From Vicugna vicugna (Eukaryota): 64,000 nucleotides of DNA. Location: the NCBI GenBank assembly GCA_013265495.1, contig MU058009.1, forward strand, positions 3,305,780 through 3,369,779, written 5' to 3'. Within the stretch, counting starts at the first letter, position 1. Each line of letters starts with the position of its first letter. The notes beneath the pieces are model-generated. The model saw only the letters and a program-made list of their open reading frames with translations, did not search any database and was not told the DNA's origin. This document shows positions 1 through 11,483 of the stretch, piece after piece. A program made the position numbers and the translations under genes.

Positions 1-189
1 AGTTTCTCTTTCCCTGCCCTGAACACCCAGGGCTCAGGGTGCCAAGACAGTGAGGCACCGCGGGGGTGGGGTTGGGAGATGGGTGTAAGAACTCACACAC
101 AGTGGGGCTTACGTCTGGTAGAGCAGCAGGTGGCCAGGCGTGAGCAGAGAAAGGGGGACATGGGCCAAATGGCAGGAAATCACACATCT

Positions 190-673
190 TGTGAACAACG
201 GGGGCCCTTTGGACAGACCAAGAGAAACAGGAACCTCTGGACTGATAAGAAACCAGGAATTCTGGGCTGTCGAGCGTCCTGGAGGCAAGGAAAGGTGGGA
301 CAGGACGGGAATCTCCACCGTCCGAATGTGACCTTTGTTCATTATGACCTCGTCTGACTTCCGACTGAGGCTGAGTAAGGACAAAAACCCCTCCTCCCCA
401 GGGAAGGCGGGGCTGGGACGGAGACCAGGAAAGACGCCCCCACGCCCCTCCCCACCAGGGGCTCTTCTGCCCCCTCACTTTCACACCCACGACAGCCAGC
501 CTGCCGGGGGCACTCGGGCAGCTCCCACCTGGGTCTGCCCGCTCTTCCCTTGAGAGCAAACCGTCTGCCCCTTAACAATCCTCGCTTTGCTTTCCTGACC
601 TCCGCGTCTCTCCGTGTTTCTGAATTCCTTCTGGGATGAGACAGGAACCTTCTCGCTGACGACAAACCTCTCA
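190..673 (+). mobile_element. Probable solo ERV1-class LTR
   Basis: Begins TGTGAAC. Has a U5-like end (CTGAATTCCTTCTGGGATGAGACAGGAACC...) finishing in CA at 664 or 673, and a decayed poly(A)-signal context (CTTAACAATCCTCGCTTTGC). No clean TSD. Confidence 0.55.
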
Positions 674-2361
674 TGGAAATGAGAAGGTGATACTGAAATG
701 CAGTGAGGAAGAAATTCCCCGGGAGTTTAGTAAACTTAGGTTTATGCTGTAACTGCCCGTTAAATCTGAGGTTCGGGCCATCAGCTAGGCGATGGTGGGA
801 AGAATCTGTCTCCGAAACCATGAAGGGGGTCTTTACCTCCCCTGGGAGTTTTCCTTATTTTGGGGTCCTCTCCCGTCTCCATTCAGATCCCTTAATTCAT
901 GCAGCAGGTTAGTGTTACTCCCTCCCTGAAGGAGCATTTGCGTTCTGAGTGGAAAGGCGGGAGGAAGAGGCCCAAACAGCAAGCTAATGCTTGATGTAGC
1001 ATTTTGTGCGGATACTTTCCTACGCACGCCACAATTATTTACTGATTTAATCATCAGATACCCAATTAGGTACATACTGTTATGAATCCCTATTTTACAG
1101 ATAAGAAAACAGGTGTGGAGGGTTTAATGTAACGCACCTCCGTTTTGGCAGCCCTGGACAGAGCTTGCTCAACTAATACTTAGACAGTGACCTTTACGGA
1201 GACGTCAGGGCGCTAACGGGGGCTCTTCTGGGGTCCCTTTGCGGATCCTGTAGAGGAAGGAACACTGAATTCCAAGTCTGAAAACCCTCAACCTAGAATT
1301 CTTCCCTGCTACTTATATTGTCTCCTGGAGACTCTGTTTTCTCATGCAAATGCGGGTAACATCTCCTTTGTTTTCTTTGTTTGTTTGGGTGAGGACGGAG
1401 GAGACTGGGGAGCTTCCTGGTTAACGCTGGCTTGATCTGCACATGTCAAACCAGTAAGGTTTTCTTCTCCCTCCTTGAGCCCTGTCTGCTTCCCTTTCTC
1501 TCCTACCATCAACTTTCCCCACGGTCTCCATCAATCTAAGAGATTAATTTCTCCTCCAAAGAAGGTGATCTTTTAAGTTATTTCCTTAAAACTTGCTAAG
1601 ATCCTTGAACTGACAAGCAGTATTTTATAAAAGTGCTGAGCGCTCACACCGATGTCCAGATTTATGCCGAATTCGGGTCTCCGGGCCTCAGAGCAGGCAT
1701 GGACCCACTCCCCTTGCACCTCTCCGGGCCCACACGCACCTGGGTATGCAGCACAGTCATTGAAACTGCTGGGCACTCGGAGATGGACAGGACGGGCCAT
1801 ATGGCGAGTGACTCCTGCAGCAAGTAGCAAAACTGCAAGTCACCACGTCCTCAGCTGCTCTGAGCTGGCTGCAGGGAGCAAGGTCACGGCGGCATGTCCC
1901 CATCTGCCGTTGTCCTTGTCTCTCTGACTCCCCTTCTGCTGCGTCCAAACCCGCATGTCTCTCACCCCGGTGTCTCTCTCTCAGAGCCTCATGGCCCCTG
2001 GGCTTCACCTCCCAGATCAGCCTCCAAGCCTATCCCTCCGCTCATCCCAGGAGGAGAGCCAGCTTCCCTCCCCGGTGCCGCTCATGCAGCCCCTCGGGCC
2101 TTACCCGCGCCCTGTGGAGGAAATGTGCCCCTCCCGGCCCATGCCCTGGGCAGGATGCTTCAGCAGGGAAGGGCCAGCTGAAGTGGCATGGCAGAAGCAG
2201 GTCCCGCGAGCACAATGGACTGATGCTGGTGATAGCTTAAACTCTGCCCTGGGTTTAGCAGTGGCTCTGCCTCTGATTTCCCAAGTGACGTTGGTTTGAA
2301 CAGCCTAGGACTGGCCTGGCCTCCTTCAAGTCTGCTGCAGAGAGGAGCATGTTTCTGAGAC

Positions 2362-2605
2362 TAACATGTACTGAGCACCTACCATGTGCCAGGCGCGCTC
2401 CTAAATGAGTTACAGGCATTACCACTCCTCCTCCTCCCAGCAGCCCGTGAGGTCACTGCTATGACAATGCCCGTCTCATGGGAGAAGAATTCAGCACATG
2501 GAAGGCAAAGAAGCTTGCCCAACGTCCTACCCTTGTGGGGCGGAGAGCGAGGAGCCGGGATCTGCACTCTAGGTGCCTCGCTCCAGGGTCTGCGTTCTGA
2601 AACGC
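2362..2605 (-). mobile_element. MIR SINE
   Basis: TAACATGTACTGAGCACCTACCATGTGCCAGGC...AAGCTTGCCCAACGTC resembles the reverse complement of MIR (3' tail then core). Confidence 0.75.
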
Positions 2606-3788
2606 CGCTCCGCGCCATCGCTTTCACAAGTGATTTTATGTATAACTTTCCTTCCACGCAGTAACGAGAGGCTGGGTTGGTTAAGCAGTTTTAAGAGGGC
2701 TGCATGCTGTCCACCCGGTGTTGCCCCCTGTGTGGTCTCCCCCCGAAGCGTGGGTGGGACCTGTGACTTTGCTACGGTCTGTGAGACTCGCCCTAGCAAG
2801 GGGGGTAACAGGACAGATGGCCGTGCGCCTCCGCGGGGAGGGCTGCGTGCAGGGAGCTGCTGGTGGACGCTGGGGCTGGGAGGTGGTCTCCAGCCAACAG
2901 CTGATGAGAAGTGGGGATCCTCGGTCTGCAAGGAGGCGAACTCTGCCAGCAGTCTGAATGAGCCTGGGCCAAGAGCTTCCCTAGTCGAGCTTCTGGCTGA
3001 GACCTTGGCCGCAGCCTCACGAGATTCTGCGCAGAGGGCCCAGTTAAGCCCTGCCAGTGTCCCTCACGTGGAGACTGGAAGACGATAAAGGGATGTCGTT
3101 TAAGCTGCGTGGTTTGTGCTAGTCTGTTTGGCCGCAGCGGAAAGCTGGTCCAGGCTGCGGAGTTTGCCCAAGGTCGCACCCCTGGTGACATTACAGAGCT
3201 GGGGTCTGAGCCTAGTTGCGGTTCGAGCCCAGCTTCTGAGGCAGGAGCCACGTTCTTGGCTACTTGTCTATTCCAGCTCTTTCCAAAGTGTATTCATAAG
3301 TGATTTTCTGTTCAATAATGTAACTATTTCTTCAACTTCCTACTGCTTTAGCAGCACAGAGCCCGCCCTGTTCCTGACAGGAGGGACCTTAGAGGGGCCT
3401 CCGACACTCCTTCCAAAGAGCTCAGCCCCCTTGACTTTCTTTTTTGTTGACAACACTGCCACTGGCACATGTCTCAGTCCCTGGCCATTTTTTAGACCCA
3501 CTGGTGCCCTCACAAGAGTTTCACATCTGGGGGGTTTGTACAGTGTCCCCTGAGTTACATAGCAGTGTATGGTGGGCAGGAAGATTAGATCTCTAAGGGG
3601 AAGGCCGTGAAGATTTTAGATGAGAGGAAGCGTGGGCGGTAAGAAGGACATTCACAGCGCGTAGCTGCACAAGCGAAGAGACCGGACAGGAAAGGCGGCT
3701 GGCCAGGGTGAAAGGCTGTTTGGGCCTTGGCCTAGCATGTCAGACCCCTGGTTAGAGAAGATTTTATAATTCGTGCCCTTGAGTCCAG

Positions 3789-3963
3789 CAGAATCGGTGA
3801 CATCATTTGCAGGACCCGATGTCAAAGGAAATGCAGGGCCTCTTGTTCAAAAGTGAAGGATTTCAGGACAGGGACAGCGGAGCATTAACCCAAGCGCGGG
3901 GCCCGTCTGAGCGCTGGGCCGTGTGGGCCTGACCGCACGACGCGTCCCATGAGGCCAGCCCTG
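3789..3963 (-). mobile_element. MER45A (hAT-Tip100 non-autonomous DNA transposon)
   Basis: Full-length match to the recalled MER45A consensus in reverse: CAGAATCGGTGACATCATTTGCAGGACCC...GGCCTCTTGTTCAAAA...GAGCATTAACCCAAGCGCGGGGCCC...CCCATGAGGCCAGCCCTG. Confidence 0.8.
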
Positions 3964-6554
3964 CGCGCGGGCCCGCGCGTTCTGAGGTGGTTATTATTAA
4001 CGCCTGTTATTATTGTGATAATTCGTGTCCTCTCTGTGCTGCTAACCTGCCCACTTATTCAAAAGAGCCTTCGAGCTGATACTCAGAATTTACAGTCCGT
4101 CTCCCCGCTTCCACCCCCTCTGCCCTGAGCCGCCCGGGGACGTTCGACCTGGGAGTAGGGAGGGCTCTTGTCTTTACAGATCAGAGAAGTTGGTTCGCAA
4201 AACGGTCAGAACTTTGCTCAAAGTCACGTGGGAAATGTGCTTCCCCTTGATCTGCAGCTTCTCCTAGTAGGGTCATAGGGCCAAGTGAGGGCCGGTTTCT
4301 CCTTCGTGTCCTCGCTTTGGGCCTCCGCCCACCCCCCACCCCCAGCCCAGTCCGATGTCCTAGTAAGAGTTGCACTCAGGGCGGCGGCTCAGGGTGTCCT
4401 GATAGTTGAAAAGATTGTTGGAAATTCATTGGTAAGACACAGGGAAGACGCCTTTTGAGGGGATGGATAAAACGGAGGCTCTGGGAGGCGACCGAGCTTT
4501 CCAGTCCCACCCCCACCCCGGATCCTGGTCTCCTTCACCCCGTCCCTTCCTTCTTTCTTCTCTCTCAAGGTCTCTGGGGGATGAGTGGGCATCTCTCCCC
4601 TAAGGAGCTGTGTCCTTCTGCCCTGTGACAGCTCCTTTTATGAAGACTGTGACTGTTACGAGAGGAACTTGGAGAGTAGAGCTGTGAGGTTGAGGGGTCG
4701 GGGTCCTTCTGGTACCGTCAGAGCACCTGCAGCCCAGGTGTGCTTACTCAGCCAGCTGCCAGGGCAAGTGGTGACTCAGCCTTGAAAGAACTGAGAAGTC
4801 CTCCCTGAGTCGGGGCCGCCGTCACTCGCTCCGGTCCTTCTGACTCCTCGGTCCGCAGGGCCTGCGGTCTGGGGCCCTCCCGTCTTCAGCACCACTTGGG
4901 CACCTATTTGATTTCGGCTCGCTTTGCATGATTATAGTTGTGTGTGGCGAAGTCACGCAGCTATGAACTTTTAGAGCTGCAGGGGACATTAAAACAACCT
5001 TACCCAATCTTTTTCCTTTTCTCAAGAGGAAATCAAGGCATCTCAGTGTTCAGGGTAACATGACAGTCACCAGGAAGCCCACAGCCAGGACCCCTGGCCT
5101 CTAGTTGTACGTCCACTGCCCTTTCCTGCGTGCTAAGCAACTCCTTTCTCTGCTGAGTTATTTATTATCTTACTGGCTGTGACCTCAGCATGTTTTTTCT
5201 TCCACGATTGCCCTTGGTCCTAAGACATATTAAATGTCATTCTTCTCTAGCTGTGCTAATGGACTCCACACGCCAGGACTGTGCCCGAATCTTCCATCTT
5301 GGACTCATCTTTTCTTTCTCTTTTTGCAGGTGGGGGTGGGCAGTAGTGACGTATGCTAACTGGTTCCAATTCCTTCATCCCTTCTCGATATTTCATCAAT
5401 ACACAGCCATTAACATCACACCAATTCATACTTGAACACTTTCTAGATATTTAAGACCAAGCATGTTTGAAAGAACATAAAAGGCCTTTTTCCCTTCCCA
5501 TTCCCTCCAGCATCCTCAGGCACGGCTCTTTGGCGAACATCTGTCCCTGCTTGGTGATCACCAGCGATGATTTCTGTAGCAGAGTCTGTCTTCTTGTCCC
5601 TACGGTTTACCTTCAAGACATCCTCTTTCATGGTGGGATTTCAAAATGCTGAGGCTCCAATTTGCCATGTGTTTACAACTATTTATAAAGATTAAAATTA
5701 GGTCTACGGGTGTCCAGTCAATACGTTTCTCCATTTTGTTCTCCCCACTTCCTTCAAGTAGGAAATAGGTCTTTGCGTGAGAAGAAAGGTGGAAGAAATA
5801 TGAGATCAACCCATGACACTTGATTTATTGGCTGACATTTGGTGCACAGATCAGCACAACCTATACATGGAAGGAATGCCATCTTCGGAAGGGAGCATGT
5901 CTCTGTCCCTGCTCCCTCCTTCCCAGCTGGCCTTAGGGGGCTCCTCTGGGGGTTTAGCTGTGCAGTCTACCGTTTCATAAGGTCTGATAATATCCCAAGA
6001 TAGATTCCCTAGGTCAGATGAGTGGCTGCCCCAGTCACGGCTGGTGATGTTTGTCTGTGAAGAGGTTCCATACACTGGGAGGGAAGAGCAGAAATATTCA
6101 GAGCTGCTGCCTGGCTAATTCCTAAAAGGGAAGGTTGAAACCAAGGGTCGATGGCCATCGAAACACCTTAGTACCTGCCGGAGATTTGAGCGTGCAAGTG
6201 TGTCAGTGACGGGTGAGACTGGCAGGAGTGGACCATGGGCGGGATGGTGTGCCGGGAGCCGTTCAGAGGCCGTTCAGAGGAGCCCAATGGCCGGGATGCA
6301 CACCTCGGTCGGTGGCGTCCCAAACTGTGTGTCTTCGGTTCCCTATCATTTTGCGTAGTCCAAGTCCCACCTCACTCATCTCTGTATTTATTTTCCGCCC
6401 TCCTTCCTGTGTTCCTCCTGGCTGACCCCTGCCCAGTGAACTGGGGGAGCACAGCCGGTCACGTCCGTGCTGACACCGACTGGACCGGATGCTGATGCGA
6501 CCACGGCTGTGCTGGCTGGACAGAATGGGCTGGTGCTCAGCTCTATGTCGCGGA

Positions 6555-6602
6555 GTGAGTGTGCGTGTGTGTGTGCGTGTGTGTGCATGCACGCATGTGT
6601 GC
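6555..6602. repeat. Imperfect (TG)n/(CG) microsatellite
   Basis: GTGAGTGTGCGTGTGTGTGTGCGTGTGTGTGCATGCACGCATGTGTG seen directly. Confidence 0.85.
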
Positions 6603-9600
6603 TGCAGGGTTGGCTGCATGCCTTTGATAACAAACAGAACAACACTGTTTATATTCACACGGGGAAAGGCTTGACCACTGCGCTGAGCTCGTCACGGCGT
6701 CTTTGCAACGTGCTGCGCGCTTGGCTCTGGTAAACAATGAAGGTATAATCAGCGCACCTATCTGTCCTGCTGGATTCCAGCTGCTCGAGCAGTTTCTTTT
6801 TCACAGAACTGACAATTTTGCGGTTCTTGTGAAAATCCACCGTTCGCCCCCTTCCCCAAAATCCTGTGACGTGGAGCCCGCTGGAGGAAGCACTGAGAAA
6901 GCAGCCCGGTCCCTGCGGCATCTCCGTGAAATTAGGTGGCTCTCACCTCCAGCACCGCTACCCTGATTGCGTGTTTGTTCAGAATGGCAGCTGATGTTGT
7001 GTATCTCCTTCATCAGGGAGGCTCAGCGATCTTGACATCATTAACTAACGGCAGCACGTCCTGCACACATAAACACGAGTCCACAGAGACGTCTCAGACG
7101 GCACTTGAAGGGAGAGGAGGCTCCTCGAGCGTGGGAAGCCAGCAGAGGGGCCTCGGCCGTGTTTGCGAGTTGGCAGGTGTATTAGTAGCCAGCCATTCAC
7201 GAGTGAGTCATTTTCCACGAGGTCTAAACACTGAGATTCAGAGGGCAAACATGGACAGCTGGGTTCAAGTGCTTAAAGTGGCCAAATCAAGTGGAGGGGA
7301 GCCTGGGGACTTGGAGAGGGAAGGGAGGCAGAGGAGGGCTGACTGACTTCCTTTTCGCTCCTTCTTTGAGCTCTGGCTGCACGAAGCACCTAATGCTGGA
7401 TAGTGAATCCCATACAGACAGGAGTGGCCGCTTTGTTTTCTGAATATTTTGAATTGGATGGGCACACCGAAGCCTCGATTTTAAATGATCAGAGTTTGGT
7501 GGGCTGGGAGACCTGGATATGATTTTGGCGCTTTCTCATCAAGTGTTTTTAGGGTCTGTGTAGTCTATTGCCTGTTGGGAACACTGTTGCTTTAGTACAT
7601 AGGGTCCCCTCCATCAGAGGCCTTTGTGATGGTGGAGACTGGGGACACTCACCCTTCTTCCGCAGACTCACTGTGGCTGCTCCCTCCTGGCCTGAGTCCT
7701 TGCCTCTCAGGCACTGACCCTCTGAAGACCTGCTTAGCTTCCTGAGAGAATATTCCATCAAGGCCTCTGCTCCTGCTCAGTTCCTTCCCACCCCACCCCA
7801 TCCGGCTCCTGGCCCTGGGCCGGGTACAGGTCTAGACCCCACCCCCTGCAGCGGTTCCGGCCGCCTGCCCCCTTGGATGCCTTCCCTGAGAAGCTCACCA
7901 GCACGCTGTATCCTTAAAGAGCTAATCCAGAATCGACCCTTTGTGACCTCACATGGCCCACTGTGGTTCCGTGCAGGCCTCAGACCTCCGGCCCCCAGCC
8001 CCACTCCTTATGCTGGGGGTAGAACCAACAGCAGGGCAAGGAGGACCCTTGAGAGAAGAGAGGGAGGGGTAAGCAGTGCAATTGTGTTTAGGTCCATCAA
8101 AACGGGGGTGATCTCGGGACCTCAGGGCCGTTGCTCTCACCTCCCTCTCCCCGCTCCCTCTTCCTCACAGAGGTCATTCTTTCACCTTGTGGACCCTTTT
8201 CTAGGATGGGGAGCAGGGGGCTGGGGGGAGCAGAGGGGAGGTGTTCCTGCGCAGACACGTGCGCTTGAGACCACCGCACACCACATGAGGGCAGTAGAGA
8301 GTTTATGTAGCTAACTGGCCTCCAGCTGGGGCAGATGGAACTGTAAGTACATTGACCACCACCCATGGCTCGAATACCCACTTTACGAAGCGGCCCCAAA
8401 TGCTGGTCCAAAGTGAGCATGAGACCGAGGGAGCTCATTTTCAGAGAACTTGCATTATGTTATCAGTGTAGTCTGGAGACGGTAGCATCCACGTGCACGT
8501 ACGAGGGTTTGTTCCTGGTTTGCCCGAGACAGCCCCAATTTACATCCAAGGTCCTGAGTTGATCATTAAGAGCACCTCCTTTCACTCTGAAACGTGTTCC
8601 AGTTCGGATGGCAGATTATATGCCCGGCCCACCCGCGGGTTCCTTGGTTGTCTTTCATCGTCCTCAGCCCCAGGCGAGCGTGGCTGTGGGAGTGGCGGGG
8701 CTGAGCAACCAGCAGTTAAGAGAAACAACCTTTATGTCCCAGTGAAGAAGGGCCGAAAAAGTGAGTTTGGAAAGAGAACAGGCAAGCAACAAGATTATAT
8801 GATCAAGCCAAATACCAGAGCCAGAGAAGAAATGATAAGATCTAGGAGGCTCCAGGGAAATAAAACTTGGAAAGACTCCCAGAGGTGACAGTAAGTAGGA
8901 AAGAGCCTTTCATGGCTGCTGCCCTTGGGAGGAAAGAGAGTAAGTCTTGGCCCCAGGGATTTGGACGTTGAGCTGCTAATGCATCCGGGACCTTTGATCT
9001 TTCTTCCCAGACTCCTGTCCCTTTGGTCCTCTTGAGGGTCTATTTGGGTGAAGGATCAACCAAGCCCCTTGTCAGAGGGAGCGATGACATCTTCTTGTTT
9101 CCCAAAGGGCTCTTGTGGGAATCATCAACTTATTGAACAAGAGAGCTGAGCTGGTGTTTGACCAGACAGGGGAAACTTACCACCTGCAACAGGCCCTTTG
9201 TCCTTCTGGAAGATTACTGAACCGGAGTACATCAAAACTATACACAAATAAAAATCAGTCGCTCGGGATCCCAGCTCTGACCACAAAGTCAATAAGAATG
9301 ACAAGAATAAATTTGTTCTTCCCTTAAACACTCTTTAGAACACAAATAGAATGGACCTCAAATATGGAGAGATGTGTAGAGGGGCCTTTGAAAATTGAGG
9401 CTAAAAAATCCAAAAGAAGAAGAGATGATGGAGGAAAGGAAGGAAGTAATAAGGATGGGGATTACCAGAAAAGCACCGTGAACTCTCCTGTCTGAGACAT
9501 TGCATAAGCTGCTCTTCTACAACTTTTTCATGAACCTCAAAGGTAGAAAAAGAAATAGGTAACAGCTAATAGCTCTGTTATACTTGCCAGAAGGTGGGGA

Positions 9601-9689
9601 CTGGGGAGACGATAGCCCTGTAGAGAAGGTGCAGAATCGTCACACTTAGGGAGAGTAGCAGTGGTGACGATGGTGATGGTAAAAGTAGT

Positions 9690-9885
9690 AGTAACAGCGA
9701 ATTCTTGTTGAGCTCCAAAGTTGTGTCAAACATTTTTCTGAAGTGCGTTATTTTTATTCATTCATTTAATGTTTTACAACTATTTTATGAATTAGATCCT
9801 ACTGAAACCGAGGCACAGAGTGGCTAAGTTAATTATGCAGTAATCCGTAAGCGTCAGATTTGAGATCTGGGACAATTGATTGGAA
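9690..9885 (-). mobile_element. MIR SINE
   Basis: TCATTTAATGTTTTACAAC...GAAACCGAGGCACAGAGTGGCTAAGT matches the MIR core in reverse. Confidence 0.65.
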
Positions 9886-10549
9886 ATTGAAAGAAATGAA
9901 AGTTCTTGGTTCAAGAAGGAGTGAGAAACATCACGGAGATTTTCCGGAGCCCAAATAGAGAAACACAGACGCCTCAATCTCACATGTGTTCTCAGGAAGG
10001 AAGACCAAAAGCCCAAGATTATGAGTGAGGTGAATGGCTTTCCAGTTATGTTTCCAAGATATGTTTGTGATTAGTTCAGTCTACCCCGTTAACGTTCATT
10101 ATGTATGTGTTTCATAACTGAACTTGTTATGTTATTACTGCAGCGTTTTTATAAGCCTGCTTGCCTGATACGTTCGCATGGGGGCGGAGATGTGAAGGAT
10201 AGGGCAGACCGATATTTTATGAAACTAATTTCTGGAGAAGATTTGTGAAAGGCAACATAAATGAGAAGGACTCACAGGAGAAGAGTACGTGCTGTACAGA
10301 ACGGAGGGAGTGCATCCAGGCTCTGGCAGCAAGACCGCAGAGTGAAACCAGCGCACGGAGTTACAGGGAAGTGCTTTGAAGTTCAGCGGATCACGCTTGT
10401 CCCGGTCGCCCACTGCCTTTGTTTATCACTAGTAAAGCAGCCCTAAAGTATCTTCTCCCTCAACGAGCTCATAACTTAGCTGGGAAGACGACGTACATAA
10501 AAGTGTACATGTTAATATTCAAGCCAGGTAGACTGCAGGCTCCAGGACG

Positions 10550-10951
10550 ATATTATCTCAAGCAAAAGGAAATCCCACCAAAAGTGACTTGACCAAGAAG
10601 ACATCTGTTACCTCACAGAGTAAAGAGTCCAGAGACAGGGCATGGCCTTGTTCGTTCACTTCCTGCCTCAGAGTTACCCAGTGCTCCAGGGTCTACTTCT
10701 CTGATTTTCTCGACTTTTCCCTCTTGGTTGCAAGATGGCTGCTGCAGTTCCGGGAATCACAGATGATGTCAGTGTCCAGAATCAGAAAAGGAAATATCTA
10801 TATCTTTGTTTCCCTTTTAAGAATAAGTGAGAACTTCCAAGAAGTCTTTCCACATACTTACCTTCCTCAATCTTAGGCCAAAGTTGCCTCATATGTTCAG
10901 GACTAAAGGCAAAGAAGGCAGAAGGAAGTGACCGTGATTGCTGGCTTAGAC
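10550..10951 (-). mobile_element. MLT1K/J-like MaLR LTR, left piece (split by Charlie1a)
   Basis: GGTTGCAAGATGGCTGCTGCAGTTCC, CCCTTTTAAGAATAAGTGAGAACTTCCAAGAAG and ...TGGCTTAGAC are typical of old MLT1 LTRs read in reverse. The sequence resumes after 16183. Confidence 0.6.
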
Positions 10952-11209
10952 CAGCAGGTCTCAAACTGTGGACCCTGGACACGTGGGGCTCTGCATGATC
11001 CTTTCAGGGGGTCAAAAGAGTCAAACAATTTAGGAAGAAGACTAAGACATCATTGGTCTTTTGACTGTGTAGATATTTGCACTGATGGTGTAAAAGCAAT
11101 GGTGGGTCAGACTGGTGGCACCTGATCACAAATCAAGCTGAAGGCATCACACTGCATAAGTAGCCACTGTGTTCTCCACAGCCACACGCTCACCGTAAAG
11201 AAAAATGTC

Positions 11210-11397
11210 GTGTGAAATAGATAAACAACAAGTTTCTTCTATATGGCACAGGGGCCTATATTCAATATCTTGTACTAACCTGTAATGAAAAAGAATATGA
11301 AAACGAATATATGTGTGTACATGTGTGACTGAAACAGGCTGTGCACCAGAAATTGACACAACACTGTAAACTGACTATACTTCAATTAAAAAAAAAG
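11210..11397 (+). mobile_element. 5'-truncated L1 3'-UTR stub inside Charlie1a
   Basis: Ends CTGACTATACTTCAATT followed by poly(A). TSD AGAAAAATGTC (11199-11209) / AGAAAAATGCC (11398-11408). Confidence 0.85.
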
Positions 11398-11483
11398 AGA
11401 AAAATGCCAGTTTCACTTAAAAATATCCTGAATGAAGCAGTAAAGATGACTAATTTTGTTAAATCTTGGCCCTTACATAGTTA

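Noticed and set aside
4885..4905. REST/NRSF site
   Set aside because: Only the left half (TTCAGCACCAC) matches. The GGACAG half is absent.
5305..5336. Strong acceptor followed by GT (possible recursive splice site or exon)
   Set aside because: The reconstituted donor GTGGGG is weak and no plausible downstream exon or reading frame is evident.
6807..6935. Possible 129-nt coding exon (TDNFAVLVKIHRSPP...)
   Set aside because: The acceptor is good but the donor is weak (AG|GTGGCT), and the peptide resembles no protein I recognise.
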